Shown here one piece after another: positions 49,818-59,757 of a stretch of DNA of 64,000 nucleotides. Origin of the DNA: Pseudomonadota bacterium. Its GTDB lineage: Bacteria > Pseudomonadota > Gammaproteobacteria > JAKAQQ01. The notes beneath the pieces were generated by a model, which saw only the letters and a program-made list of their open reading frames with translations, was not told where the DNA came from and did not search any database. Each line of letters opens with the position of its first letter. Position 1 is the stretch's first letter. The translations under genes and the position numbers were made by a program. The stretch covers positions 41,032 to 105,031 of the forward strand of contig JAKCBQ010000001.1 in NCBI GenBank assembly GCA_021839245.1, written 5' to 3'.

Positions 49818-51089
49818 ATGAGCGCACGCTACGATCTCAGCTATCAGCTCCGCCTCCTTCGCGCACGGGCATTGCGCCGTTCGTTCCGTGCAACCACTCC
49901 GATTTTCGATACGCTGCGGTCTTCGTTCTCGACGTCCGTCTATGACGCGGAAGCCCTGATCCTCAAAGCACAGAACGAGACAGGTCTTCGAGATTTTTTT
50001 ACCCCCCCTCCGAAAGAAGCTCTCTCCGCGCTCCTGTCCTCGATACGCGCAAACAACACCTTGAACACTATCGGGCGGACGGCCCTGCGCGTGGACGTTC
50101 TGCGTCTTTTGTCCAACCATCTTCGTCTGGTCGAATTGTGCCGGCAAAACCCCAACCTTGCACGTAAGCCGATCTTTTCACCCGTGTTTATCATGGGATT
50201 GCCGCGAACTGCAAGCACCTTTCTTCACTCCATGTTGATCCTGGACCCCCGGCACCGTGCGCCCACGATTGCGGAGGTGACCTACCCCTACTTTGCGCTC
50301 GCCTCCCCTCGCGGCAGCAACATGCGCATGCGCCGGGCTCTCCACTGGCTGGACGTTCTCGAGCCCGACTTCCAAAACGCGTACCCGTCGCACCCCAAAT
50401 CACCCCAAGAATGTTCCGAGATTCTCAGTAACACCATGGAAAGCCTGCGCTTTGACAGCACTTACGACGTCCCTGAGTATCTGGCGTGGATGGATCAGCG
50501 CACACACACCGGCGCCTACGAGTTTCATCGTCGCTTTCTTCAATCGCTCGACCATGTCTCATCCGGGGAAAAACGTTGGGTCCTGAAATGCCCGGACCAC
50601 GTGTTCTATTACCAGGATCTCCTCCGGGTTTATCCCGACGCGCGCATCATCGTCACCCACAGGGATCCCGGTCGAGTGCTGCCTTCTGTGGCTTCTCTGA
50701 CAATGATCCTCCAGGGCTTGTTCAGCGATCGTGTCGAGCCCGCCCGTGTTGCTCAGCGGGTTTTGGATCGTTGGATCCTTGGAGCGCAACGAGTGATCGA
50801 AATCGCCGACTCCGAGCACGCACGTTCGCAGAGGGTCCTACATGTTTTTTACGATGAGCTCGTCCGTTTTCCCCTTCCGATGCTGGAGAAGATTTACCGG
50901 TTCCTCGAAACACCGTTTCATGGAACGACGGCATCCAAGGTTCGTGAACATCTTGAGCGTTCTGAAGTCGGCAGTTATCGGGCCAACCGCTACAGCGAGC
51001 AATTCCAAAAGCTCCTCCCCGCTGCGTTCGTGCGCGAGCACTTCCGTGATTACCTTGCCCGCTTTGATCTGCGGGAAGGAGAAAAGTGA
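49818..51089 (+). CDS. sulfotransferase family protein (PAPS-dependent, Sulfotransfer_3-like)
   Basis: 5'-PSB-like motif FIMGLPRTASTFLHSML and 3'-PB-like motif IIVTHRDPGRVLPS. It starts 4 nt after the hpnL stop. I set the start at MSARYDLSY; the ORF track begins 42 codons earlier, inside hpnL. Confidence 0.65.
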   Translation: MSARYDLSYQLRLLRARALRRSFRATTPIFDTLRSSFSTSVYDAEALILKAQNETGLRDFFTPPPKEALSALLSSIRANNTLNTIGRTALRVDVLRLLSNHLRLVELCRQNPNLARKPIFSPVFIMGLPRTASTFLHSMLILDPRHRAPTIAEVTYPYFALASPRGSNMRMRRALHWLDVLEPDFQNAYPSHPKSPQECSEILSNTMESLRFDSTYDVPEYLAWMDQRTHTGAYEFHRRFLQSLDHVSSGEKRWVLKCPDHVFYYQDLLRVYPDARIIVTHRDPGRVLPSVASLTMILQGLFSDRVEPARVAQRVLDRWILGAQRVIEIADSEHARSQRVLHVFYDELVRFPLPMLEKIYRFLETPFHGTTASKVREHLERSEVGSYRANRYSEQFQKLLPAAFVREHFRDYLARFDLREGEK

Positions 51090-51125
51090 GGGTTTAGCAG
51101 GAAGCTCGGGTTCCACTCAACATAC

Positions 51126-51455
51126 TCATGGGCCACGCAGTTTGATCCGACCCGTGAGCACGTCCCCGTACATCCGCCAGTCGCTGACAAAGCTCCAGAA
51201 AGGCGCACCAAAAGTTGCCGGTCGATTGTGCTCGAACACGTAATGACCGATCCACGCGCATCCATAACCAAGGATGGGGGCAAGAATGAGGAGCCACAGC
51301 GAAAGAATAAGCGAGAGAACAATGTCGACGAGCACGAGGCTCGAGCCAACAACATGAAAAAGGCGGCATCCATATGTTGAGTGTTGCTTGAGATAATAAG
51401 AATAAAACTCTGAATACGATGAGAATTCTTTCATAGATTTGCACTCCAAAGCCAC
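51126..51455 (-). CDS. DUF962 (Mpo1-like) small membrane protein
   Basis: MKEFSSYSEFYSYYLKQH...GHYVFEHNRPATF matches the DUF962 / YGL010w-like family. Confidence 0.6.
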   Translation of the reverse strand: MALECKSMKEFSSYSEFYSYYLKQHSTYGCRLFHVVGSSLVLVDIVLSLILSLWLLILAPILGYGCAWIGHYVFEHNRPATFGAPFWSFVSDWRMYGDVLTGRIKLRGP

Positions 51456-51792
51456 TCCGTCTCAGAAGCTTACCAGAATGCGGTGTCCAGCCCTTGCCTT
51501 CGGGGATGCGGATAGAGGAGGGAAGGCACACACGGATGCGAATGCCGCGGTGGGCCGTCAGGGTTGGGACATAGACAGCGCTGTCCGCTGGATCATGGGG
51601 CTCCGGCGGACGGACCGTATGAAGCCGACCTGAACCCGGTAAGCCAAGCTTCCGCGCAAACGGCAGCGTAAGGAGCCCAAGGGGAGCCCCGTCCAGCATC
51701 CACCCGAGTGCCAAAGGCGCTGGATGAGTGCATGGGTTGACAAGAGGCTTTAATCAGGACTAGAATAGTCCAGTATTCAACTGTTCGCCCTC

Positions 51793-52380
51793 ATGCTCAG
51801 ACTCCGACGTCTTACCGACTACGGCACCGTGATCCTCGCACAACTCGCGGCGATGCGAGTCGGATGGATGACTGTCTCCTCGATTGCTCAGGCCACGAGG
51901 CTTCCGGAGGCTACCGTGGGTAAGCTTCTCAAGCAATTAACTCATCAAGGACTTGTGGTCTCACAGCGCGGAACCCACGGGGGGTATCGGCTCTCACGCG
52001 ATCCGACGGACATCTCAGCGCTCGAGATCTTGGAGTCCCTCGAGGGCAGCATGGCGGTCACAGAATGCAGTCTCGGGAACCTCGGCTGCAACCACGCCGG
52101 CTACTGCCGTGTCCGAACACCGTGGCAAACGATCAACGAAGCCATTCGTCGCACTCTCGCGGGCATCACGCTCGCCGAACTCGCGGCTGCCCTGCCCATT
52201 CCCGCGCTCTACATGAGCCGCTCCGTCCCCCGCTCCAAGAATGCTCTCCCCGGCGTCGTTCAGGGCGAATCGACGGCTCACGAACCCGAGCAATCTCGTT
52301 CCGCCACCGCCCCATCGCGCCATCGCCCTGCCCTTTCGTCCGGATCACAAGACAGCAACCGTGAACACGTCCACCGATGA
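51793..52380 (+). CDS. Rrf2-family transcriptional regulator (IscR/SufR-like, putative [2Fe-2S] sensor)
   Basis: N-terminal w[19 protein letters not shown]. Cys triad [14 protein letters not shown] (C-x5-C-x5-C) as in IscR. It sits immediately upstream of sufB. Confidence 0.75.
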   Translation: MLRLRRLTDYGTVILAQLAAMRVGWMTVSSIAQATRLPEATVGKLLKQLTHQGLVVSQRGTHGGYRLSRDPTDISALEILESLEGSMAVTECSLGNLGCNHAGYCRVRTPWQTINEAIRRTLAGITLAELAAALPIPALYMSRSVPRSKNALPGVVQGESTAHEPEQSRSATAPSRHRPALSSGSQDSNREHVHR

Positions 52381-53812
52381 GCTGACGCCGCTTCTCCAGC
52401 GCGGCTACGAAGCGGGTTTCGTCACCGATATTGAGACGGATCAGTCCCCACCGGGACTGTCCGAGGAGGTGATCACCCGTCTTTCCGAGACCAAAAAAGA
52501 GCCACGTTATCTTCTCGACTGGCGTCTCCAAGCCTACCGTGCCTGGCTCGAAATGAAGGAACCCCATTGGTCGATTGCCGCCTACCCTCCGATCGACTAT
52601 CAGGCCGTCAGTTACTACGCCGCCCCGCGAAGTGTCGACCCCAAACGGCCCAAATCTCTCGACGAGGTCGACCCTCGCCTTCTCGAAACGTACCGCAAGC
52701 TCGGCGTCCCCTTGCATGAGCAGGCGGCCCTCGCGGGGGTAGCCATGGACGCCGTCTTCGACAGCGTCTCCGTCGCCACAACGTTTCGGGAAACGCTGAA
52801 AAAAGCGGGAGTGATCTTTTGCCCCTTTTCAGAAGCGGCCGTCGAATATCCCGAGCTTGTGCGCCAATACCTGGGGAGCGTCGTTCCTTACCGCGACAAT
52901 TTCTTTGCCGCGCTCAACTCGGCGGTCTTTAGCGACGGATCTTTCGTCTACGTTCCCCCGGGTGTGCGCTGCCCCATGGAACTCTCCACCTATTTTCGGA
53001 TCAACGCCGCCAAGACGGGACAGTTCGAGAGAACGTTGATCATTGCCGATCGTGGCTCCTACGTCAGCTATCTTGAGGGCTGCACAGCCCCGATGCGTGA
53101 CGAAAACCAGCTCCATGCCGCGGTGGTTGAACTCGTGGCCCTGGAAGGCGCCGAAATTCGCTATGCCACCGTACAGAACTGGTACCCCGGCGACGAGGAG
53201 GGACGCGGCGGAATTTACAACTTCGTTACGAAGCGCGGCGATTGCCGAGGAGCCCGATCCAAGATCTCATGGACCCAAGTCGAAACGGGCTCGGCGATCA
53301 CATGGAAGTATCCGAGTTGCATCCTGCGCGGCGACGAGTCGGTCGGGGAATTCTACTCCGTCGCACTCGCCCGCCACCGCCAGCAGGCGGACACAGGAAC
53401 AAAGATGATCCACATGGGGCGACGTACACGAAGCGTCGTGATTTCGAAAGGAATCTCGGCGGGTCATGGCCGTAACGCCTACCGCGGTATGGTGCGGATG
53501 GCCCCCACCGCTCTCCACGCCCACAACTACACGCGCTGTGACTCGCTCCTGATCGGCCCCCACTGCCAAGCGTACACGATCCCGGTTCTCGAGGTGCGTC
53601 ATCCCTCGGCGCGTGTCGAACATGAGGCGACGGCATCCAAGATTGCCGACGATCAGATTTTTTACTGTCGGCAGCGTGGGCTGGACGAGGAAACAGCGGT
53701 CCACCTGCTCGTCAACGGGTTCTGCCGCGAAGTCTTCCAAAAGCTGCCGCTCGAATTCGCCGTTGAAGCCCAAAAACTGATCGCCGTCAGCCTGGAAGGA
53801 GCCGTCGGATGA
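52361..53812 (+). CDS. sufB: Fe-S cluster assembly scaffold SufB
   Basis: The N-terminus aligns with SufB from ...[29 protein letters not shown]. An in-frame GTG at 52361 is the likely start. The ORF track begins at 52241, inside the regulator gene. Confidence 0.85.
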   Translation: MNTSTDELTPLLQRGYEAGFVTDIETDQSPPGLSEEVITRLSETKKEPRYLLDWRLQAYRAWLEMKEPHWSIAAYPPIDYQAVSYYAAPRSVDPKRPKSLDEVDPRLLETYRKLGVPLHEQAALAGVAMDAVFDSVSVATTFRETLKKAGVIFCPFSEAAVEYPELVRQYLGSVVPYRDNFFAALNSAVFSDGSFVYVPPGVRCPMELSTYFRINAAKTGQFERTLIIADRGSYVSYLEGCTAPMRDENQLHAAVVELVALEGAEIRYATVQNWYPGDEEGRGGIYNFVTKRGDCRGARSKISWTQVETGSAITWKYPSCILRGDESVGEFYSVALARHRQQADTGTKMIHMGRRTRSVVISKGISAGHGRNAYRGMVRMAPTALHAHNYTRCDSLLIGPHCQAYTIPVLEVRHPSARVEHEATASKIADDQIFYCRQRGLDEETAVHLLVNGFCREVFQKLPLEFAVEAQKLIAVSLEGAVG

Positions 53813-54576
53813 ACAATGAACAGCCTCTCCTGGATGTCCGAAATCTTTGGATCAAGGCCCAGGATCAATTCATCCTGAACGGCCTCGATCTCCGAATCGG
53901 GCTCGGCGAAGTGCATGCCATCATGGGCCCAAACGGCTCCGGTAAGAGCACTCTCGTCCAGAGCCTCGCGGGGCATCCGGGCTACACCATCGAGAAGGGA
54001 GAGATCTCGTTTGACGGCGAGGATCTCTTGACGTTGACGCCGGAGGAACGGGCCCGGCGCGGGCTTTTCCTGGCCTTCCAGTATCCCGTCGAAATTGCCG
54101 GTCTCGGCAACGGCTACTTCCTGAAGGCGGCGGTCAACGCCGTCCGTGAAGCCCGGGGCCAGACCCCCTATGACGCCGTCGAATTCCTCAAGGTCTTCCG
54201 TGAGCTCGCTCCGCTTGTCGGTCTCGGGCAGGATTTTCTCGAACGGGGCGTCAACGCCGGCTTTTCCGGAGGGGAAAAGAAACGCAACGAAATTCTCCAG
54301 ATGCTCCTCCTCGAACCTCGCCTCACGCTCCTCGACGAAACGGATTCGGGGCTCGATGTCGATGCTCTCAAGCTGGTTGCCCGCGGGGTCAACGCCACCC
54401 GCTCCAAAGACCGGAGCATCGTCCTCGTCACCCACTACCAACGTTTGCTCGATTACATTGATCCCGATGTTGTCCACATCCTGATCAAAGGGCGGATCGT
54501 GCGCTCGGGAACACGGGAACTCGCGCGTGAGATCGAGCGGGAGGGTTACGAGCCCCTTCTCACGGCCATGGCTTGA
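53809..54576 (+). CDS. sufC: Fe-S cluster assembly ATPase SufC
   Basis: Walker [13 protein letters not shown] signature and the SufC-specific [16 protein letters not shown] overlap with sufB. Confidence 0.9.
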   Translation: MNNEQPLLDVRNLWIKAQDQFILNGLDLRIGLGEVHAIMGPNGSGKSTLVQSLAGHPGYTIEKGEISFDGEDLLTLTPEERARRGLFLAFQYPVEIAGLGNGYFLKAAVNAVREARGQTPYDAVEFLKVFRELAPLVGLGQDFLERGVNAGFSGGEKKRNEILQMLLLEPRLTLLDETDSGLDVDALKLVARGVNATRSKDRSIVLVTHYQRLLDYIDPDVVHILIKGRIVRSGTRELAREIEREGYEPLLTAMA

Positions 54577-54583
54577 AACGTTG

Positions 54584-55894
54584 ATGTCCTCCCCCGTCGA
54601 ATCCTTCCGCCCGCGTGCACTGTCCGGATCCTCGCCGACACGGATTCGCAGTTGGGACGATGCCCGCACGCACGCGGAAAAAGCTCTCGAGGTCCACGCT
54701 CCACCCGACAGGCACGACGAACGCTGGCGCTACACGCGGGCACAGGATTTTCTGCCTCCTCTTGCGAGATCCAACGAAACGACGGCATCGGCGGAGAGGA
54801 AGCTTGGGACAGAACTCACGACTCCGGCCCCGTCAGAAGAGATTCTTCTTCTCGAAGACGGGAAAATCGGTGATCCCGAGGCCCGCCGCCGAGACGGACT
54901 TCGCCACGGTGTGACCCTGCGAACGATGCGTGAGGCTTGGACTGAAGACCCGGCGCTCATGAAACGCATCGTTCTCTCCTCGCCTATCCGCGACCGCTAC
55001 TTTGTCTGGTGGAATACCGCTCACCTCGACGACGGTTACGTGATCGTGGTCCCCCGAGAGCGTCCCCATGACCGCCCGCTACAGATCCTCTGGCAAAGTC
55101 CGAATGCGGTTGTCGTCCGGCGTCTTCTGCTCGTTCTCGAACCCGGAGCACGGCTGGACCTCGTGGAAGGCGAGGCCGCTTACCCCAACCAGCTCCGGCA
55201 TCTCGTCCGCGATATTCATTTAGACCGTGAAGCCACACTTCACCACGCGCTCCTCGACGCACCCGGGGTCCACGAAAACTGGCTCTGGACGACGGGTGTC
55301 GTCGTTGATGAAGGGGCCGCGTATCACGCCCTTGGTGTGCACGCGGGCGCCCGCAAGGCCCGTCACGAGATCTGCGTCGACCTGAGCGGGTCGTGGGCAC
55401 AAGCGACTCTTGATGCGGCGGTTCTGCTTCCTTCAAAACATGTTTTCGATCTTCAAACGGAGATCGTCCATCGGGCCGACGCCACAGAAAGCCGCCAGCG
55501 CGTTCACTCCGCAACCGCCGCTCGAGCGACGGCCGTCTACGGTGGCACGATTGTGGTCGAATCAGCCACCAAGGGTGTCGTCGCTCACCAGCAGAGCCGG
55601 GGCCTGCTGCTTGATCCTGCCTCGGACATCAACAGCCGACCCGAGCTTCATATTCGCAGCGACGACGTCCTCTGCACGCACGGCGCCAGCATCGGGGCGA
55701 TCGATCCAGAGGGGTTGTTCTACCTCCAAAGCCGCGGTCTCAACGCCTCTCAGGCCCGCGCCCTTCTTCTCAGGGCGTTTGCCCTACGTGTGCTCGAGAC
55801 GTTTCCCGCCGCGGCGTCTGAGGTCCTTCGGACAGCTCTGGCGAAGCGACTGGAGGTTCTCGTGCGCCTTCTTGTCCCCGAGGTTGCCCTGTGA
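54584..55894 (+). CDS. sufD: Fe-S cluster assembly protein SufD
   Basis: ~437 aa with SufB/SufD family C-terminal beta-helix. Start set at MSSPVESF, 5 nt after the sufC stop. Confidence 0.8.
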   Translation: MSSPVESFRPRALSGSSPTRIRSWDDARTHAEKALEVHAPPDRHDERWRYTRAQDFLPPLARSNETTASAERKLGTELTTPAPSEEILLLEDGKIGDPEARRRDGLRHGVTLRTMREAWTEDPALMKRIVLSSPIRDRYFVWWNTAHLDDGYVIVVPRERPHDRPLQILWQSPNAVVVRRLLLVLEPGARLDLVEGEAAYPNQLRHLVRDIHLDREATLHHALLDAPGVHENWLWTTGVVVDEGAAYHALGVHAGARKARHEICVDLSGSWAQATLDAAVLLPSKHVFDLQTEIVHRADATESRQRVHSATAARATAVYGGTIVVESATKGVVAHQQSRGLLLDPASDINSRPELHIRSDDVLCTHGASIGAIDPEGLFYLQSRGLNASQARALLLRAFALRVLETFPAAASEVLRTALAKRLEVLVRLLVPEVAL

Positions 55895-57150
55895 ACGCTC
55901 CTCTCCTTCATACGCCACCGCCTCCGACCGGCTATGACGTGGACCGTGTGCGTGAAGATTTTCCGATTCTCCGCACGCGCGTCCACGGTCACCCTCTGGT
56001 GTATCTCGACAACGCCGCGACCACGCAAAAGCCCCAGTCCGTCATTGACGCTCTCGTCCGGTATTACACGGAAGAAAACGCCAACGTGCACCGAGGGGTC
56101 TATCAGCTCAGCGCTCTCGCCACGGAACGCTACGAGGAAGCCCGCGAAGCCGTCCGTGCCTATCTTCATGCGCAAACGCCCAACGAAATCGTCTTTTTGC
56201 GCGGGGCCACCGAAGCGATCAACCTTGTTGCGAACAGTTTCGGGAAGGCCTTCGTTCGCGCAGGGGACGAGATTGTTCTCACGGAAATCGAACACCACTC
56301 CAACATCGTCCCGTGGCAGATGCTCTGTGCGCGCACCGGCGCGCGTCTGCGAATCATCCCCGTTGATGAGGCCGGCGAGATCGATCTCAAACAGGCCGCT
56401 GAAATGATTGGCCCGAAAACACGAATGGTCGCTTTTTCCCACGTTTCGAACGCCCTGGGGACGATTCTTCCCGTGGCCGAGTTGACCTCGCTGGCCCACG
56501 CCCAAGGGGCCGCCGTCCTCATCGACGGCGCCCAGGCCGCCTCGCACCTTGCCGTCGATGTTCGGCGTTTGGCTTGCGACTTCTACGTCTGTTCGGGACA
56601 CAAGATGTACGGGCCGACGGGCATCGGGGTTCTCTACGCCCGCGAGCAGTGGCTCGAAGACCTGCCCCCCTGGCAGGGGGGCGGAGACATGATTGAGACG
56701 GTCCATTTCGACAAGACCACCTATGCGTCCGCACCGGCCAAGTTTGAGGCCGGGACGCCCAACATCGCCGGGGCCTGCGGCCTGACCGCCGCTCTTCGCT
56801 ATCTCCAGACGCTCGGTCTCTCGCGCATCGCCCACCATGAGCACGATCTTCTCGAGTATGCGACGGCGCGCATGCACGAGCTCAAGGGAGTACGGATCAT
56901 CGGCCAATCCACCCGCAAGGCCGCGGTCCTTTCGTTCGTGGTCGAGGGCGTCCACCCCCACGATGTTGGCACCCTCCTCGACCAGGACGGGATCGCGGTG
57001 CGCGCCGGCCACCATTGCGCGATGCCGACCATCGAACATTTCCAGGTTCCGGCGACAGTGCGCGCGTCCTTCGGTCTGTACAACACACGCGAGGAAGTGA
57101 ACCGTTTTATCGAAGCTTTGGCTCGTGTGCGCGAGATGTTCCTGACATGA
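55891..57150 (+). CDS. sufS: cysteine desulfurase SufS
   Basis: Class-II aminotransferase V motifs (YLDNAATTQKP; PLP-lysine region SGHKMYGPTGIG; RAGHHCA). Confidence 0.9.
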   Translation: MNAPLLHTPPPPTGYDVDRVREDFPILRTRVHGHPLVYLDNAATTQKPQSVIDALVRYYTEENANVHRGVYQLSALATERYEEAREAVRAYLHAQTPNEIVFLRGATEAINLVANSFGKAFVRAGDEIVLTEIEHHSNIVPWQMLCARTGARLRIIPVDEAGEIDLKQAAEMIGPKTRMVAFSHVSNALGTILPVAELTSLAHAQGAAVLIDGAQAASHLAVDVRRLACDFYVCSGHKMYGPTGIGVLYAREQWLEDLPPWQGGGDMIETVHFDKTTYASAPAKFEAGTPNIAGACGLTAALRYLQTLGLSRIAHHEHDLLEYATARMHELKGVRIIGQSTRKAAVLSFVVEGVHPHDVGTLLDQDGIAVRAGHHCAMPTIEHFQVPATVRASFGLYNTREEVNRFIEALARVREMFLT

Positions 57151-57617
57151 ATCCGATGCTTTCGCTTTATCAGGAAATCATTCTGGACCACAACCGTCAT
57201 CCGCGAAATTTCGGACATCTCGATCCTTGCACGCATCAGGCGCAGGGCTTCAACCCGCTCTGCGGAGACAAGGTGTTTCTTACGCTCAAGGTGGGCGATG
57301 AGGGCGATGAGATTCGTGAAATCGCGTTCGAAGGCACAGGATGCGCCATCTCCGTCGCTTCGGCCTCCCTGATGACCGAAGCTCTTCGCAACCTCCCTGT
57401 CGAAGATGCCCGAAGGCTCATCGAGGCGGTTCATGAGCTCATCGTCGGGGGAACGGTCCCCGCGCTTCTCGAGGAAGAACGTTACGCCCGCCTCAAGGCT
57501 CTCGCGGGCGTTCACGAATTTCCAGCCCGTGTCAAGTGTGCCACCCTGGCCTGGCAGACCCTGCGTGCGGCGCTCGACCGGAAGACGCAGGAAATCAGCT
57601 CCGATCCCCGCTCCTGA
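57147..57617 (+). CDS. sufU: SufU-type sulfur acceptor (NifU-like N-terminal domain)
   Basis: NPLCGD and EGTGCAISVASAS motifs with the SufU-specific insertion. ATGA overlap with sufS. Confidence 0.85.
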   Translation: MNPMLSLYQEIILDHNRHPRNFGHLDPCTHQAQGFNPLCGDKVFLTLKVGDEGDEIREIAFEGTGCAISVASASLMTEALRNLPVEDARRLIEAVHELIVGGTVPALLEEERYARLKALAGVHEFPARVKCATLAWQTLRAALDRKTQEISSDPRS

Positions 57618-57623
57618 CCCGCG

Positions 57624-58178
57624 ATGCCCCGCGTCTACGAACCCGTCCGTTTCATCCGCGACTGCAACGCCACTCTTGTCCCCTCGGGAGCGGAAGTGAT
57701 CGTCCCTGAAGGCGCCGAAGGAACACTCACCCAGGCTCTGGGGGGAAGTTTCACCGTTTACGTCGGCGGAAGCCTTCTCCGTATCAAGGGATCCGACGCC
57801 GAGGCCATCGGCCGTGAGCCCCCTCCTCCCGTCCCTGTTCCGGAGAATCCGACGGCGGATGACATCGAGACGCTCGTTCGCGAGCAGCTCCGTGAAGTCT
57901 ACGACCCCGAGATTCCGATCAATATCGTCGACCTGGGACTCGTCTACGAACTCAAGGTTGAACGGACCGCCCCCGAAAGTCACACGTTCCGTGTGGCGAT
58001 CAGCATGACACTGACGGCCCCGGGATGCGGGATGGGGGGTGTGCTGGTCGACGAGATTCGCACACGGCTCGCCGCCATCCCTCCTGTCCAAGACGTCCAG
58101 GTCGACCTCGTTTTTGATCCGCCGTGGGACACAAGCCGCATGTCGGAAGAGGCACGTTTGGAATCCGGGCTTCTCTGA
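57624..58178 (+). CDS. sufT: SufT-like Fe-S assembly protein (two-domain; C-terminal DUF59/MIP18)
   Basis: C-terminal DUF59 pattern (REVYDPEIPINIVDLGLVY...). It is the last gene of the suf operon. Confidence 0.65.
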   Translation: MPRVYEPVRFIRDCNATLVPSGAEVIVPEGAEGTLTQALGGSFTVYVGGSLLRIKGSDAEAIGREPPPPVPVPENPTADDIETLVREQLREVYDPEIPINIVDLGLVYELKVERTAPESHTFRVAISMTLTAPGCGMGGVLVDEIRTRLAAIPPVQDVQVDLVFDPPWDTSRMSEEARLESGLL

Positions 58179-58265
58179 AAAAGACACACGCGGGCGCCCC
58201 GTGAAACGGGATTTGCCAAAGATACGGACTCCGTTGCCGAGTGAGCCGCTTCGACATCCGCGTAC

Positions 58266-58835
58266 TTACCGAGGACGGTGGAGGGTCGTGTCTGGGACGG
58301 GCGGACGATTCAGGATCCGCGCCGTCATCACGTACGACGGCTCGAAACTGTAGATTCGGGCTCCGCCAAACGGGGTCCAACGAACGAGAGAGAGCACGGG
58401 ATGACGCAGCGGATGGGGTACGGCCTTGAGCCAGCTCGGCAGGTGCGACCGGAGGAAAATGTAGAGACGAAGGCGCTTGTTCCCCTGCGTCGCACGCCGG
58501 AGGATGTCCCGATCGGGACCGCTTCGGAAATCAATGGGGATGCCGACCTTGATGGACAAAACTTCGCCGAGATGAACCATCGGGCCGCTGCGCCGTACGA
58601 CGATGGTGGCGGGAAGGGAAAAACGCAGCAAGCGAGCGACGTTGTGAGCAAGAGCCAACTCCTCGTGCGACCGTGAAAGCGGAGCGGCCGGGAGCGTCAG
58701 GAGGAGGAACGCACGGTGCTCGCGTGCGAGATCGAGCGTCCGGACGATGAGAACGATGAGAACGGCGGCGACGAGAAGGGCGCCAATGAAGACCGTCCGA
58801 CGGCGAAGATCCGACATATTCTTTGCACCGATCAT
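58266..58835 (-). CDS. hypothetical membrane-anchored protein
   Basis: One N-terminal TM helix (TVFIGALLVAAVLIVLIV). No motif recognised. The exact C-terminal extent is unverified. Confidence 0.35.
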   Translation of the reverse strand: MIGAKNMSDLRRRTVFIGALLVAAVLIVLIVRTLDLAREHRAFLLLTLPAAPLSRSHEELALAHNVARLLRFSLPATIVVRRSGPMVHLGEVLSIKVGIPIDFRSGPDRDILRRATQGNKRLRLYIFLRSHLPSWLKAVPHPLRHPVLSLVRWTPFGGARIYSFEPSYVMTARILNRPPVPDTTLHRPR

Positions 58836-58884
58836 GCTTAGCCCTATGATACGATCGCGAGACCGTCTTCGTATTCGTTAACTT

Positions 58885-59679
58885 ATGCCGCCCCCTTTGT
58901 TGACCGCCGTCGTTCTCGCACGTGACGAGGCGAATAATCTCGAAGAACTTCTTCCCACCCTCGGCTTCGCGGACCGCGTTCTCGTCGTCGACGCCGGAAG
59001 CCGTGATGCGACGGTCGAAGTGGCCCGCCGTCACGGTGCCGACATTCTCGTCGCCGACGATTGGCAGGGATTTGGCGTTCAGAGGCAACGGGCCGAAGCG
59101 GCCATCCCAGAAACCGTGTGGATTTTCATGATCGACAGCGACGAGCGTATCCCGCCCGAACTCGCCAAGGAAATCCGCGAGGTCATCACGACAACGACAG
59201 AGCCCACAGTCTTCATAGTACGTCGTAAAACCTGGGTTTTCGGCCGCTATCTCCGTCACGGAGGCTGGTACCCAGACGAAGTGGCGCGCCTTTACACAAA
59301 AGGCAGCGCCGGTTACGACTCGAGCACCGTCCATGAAAAGCTCGTCCCCTACAAGGGAACCCGGGTGAAGAAGCTTGCCAACCCTCTCCTGCACTACTCT
59401 TACCGTGATCTCGAGCATTACCTGGTGAAATCGGCCCGCTACGCCGCCCTTTCCGGCCGCGAGAAAAAGCGCCGAGGCGAGCGCTACCTTCTCGCGAGGG
59501 GAATATACCACGGAACTTGGGGTTTCTTTCGTATGTACTTTATAAGATTAGGTTTTCTCGACGGTAGATCCGGCCTCCTGATTGCGATCCTCTCCGCTCA
59601 CTCGATCTTCTGCAAATACGCTGATGCCTGGGTCCGCAATCAAGACCCCCCTGCGGCGGAAGGCACGAGATCGGCTTAA
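58885..59679 (+). CDS. family 2 glycosyltransferase (LPS-core KdtX/WaaE-like)
   Basis: N-terminal VVLARDEANNLEELL, then DxD region (IFMIDSDERI) of the GT2 fold. 264 aa, typical of KdtX-like core glycosyltransferases. Confidence 0.7.
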   Translation: MPPPLLTAVVLARDEANNLEELLPTLGFADRVLVVDAGSRDATVEVARRHGADILVADDWQGFGVQRQRAEAAIPETVWIFMIDSDERIPPELAKEIREVITTTTEPTVFIVRRKTWVFGRYLRHGGWYPDEVARLYTKGSAGYDSSTVHEKLVPYKGTRVKKLANPLLHYSYRDLEHYLVKSARYAALSGREKKRRGERYLLARGIYHGTWGFFRMYFIRLGFLDGRSGLLIAILSAHSIFCKYADAWVRNQDPPAAEGTRSA

Positions 59680-59757
59680 CGACTGAAGAAGCGCATCTGC
59701 ACCTCTTGCTCCTTTGAATCGCTCATCACAGCTCAGGGAGGCCATGGTGACGGCGGC

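Noticed and set aside
56799-58187. 462-aa minus-strand ORF spanning sufS-sufU-sufT, and 55750..57039
   Set aside because: It runs antisense across three well-supported, overlapping-start suf genes. It has no motifs and its composition is a mirror image.
58266-58835. DUF374 / lysophospholipid-acyltransferase-like assignment for the membrane-anchored ORF upstream of the LPS glycosyltransferases
   Set aside because: The order of the candidate motifs does not match the DUF374 consensus as I recall it. Only an N-terminal TM helix is certain.
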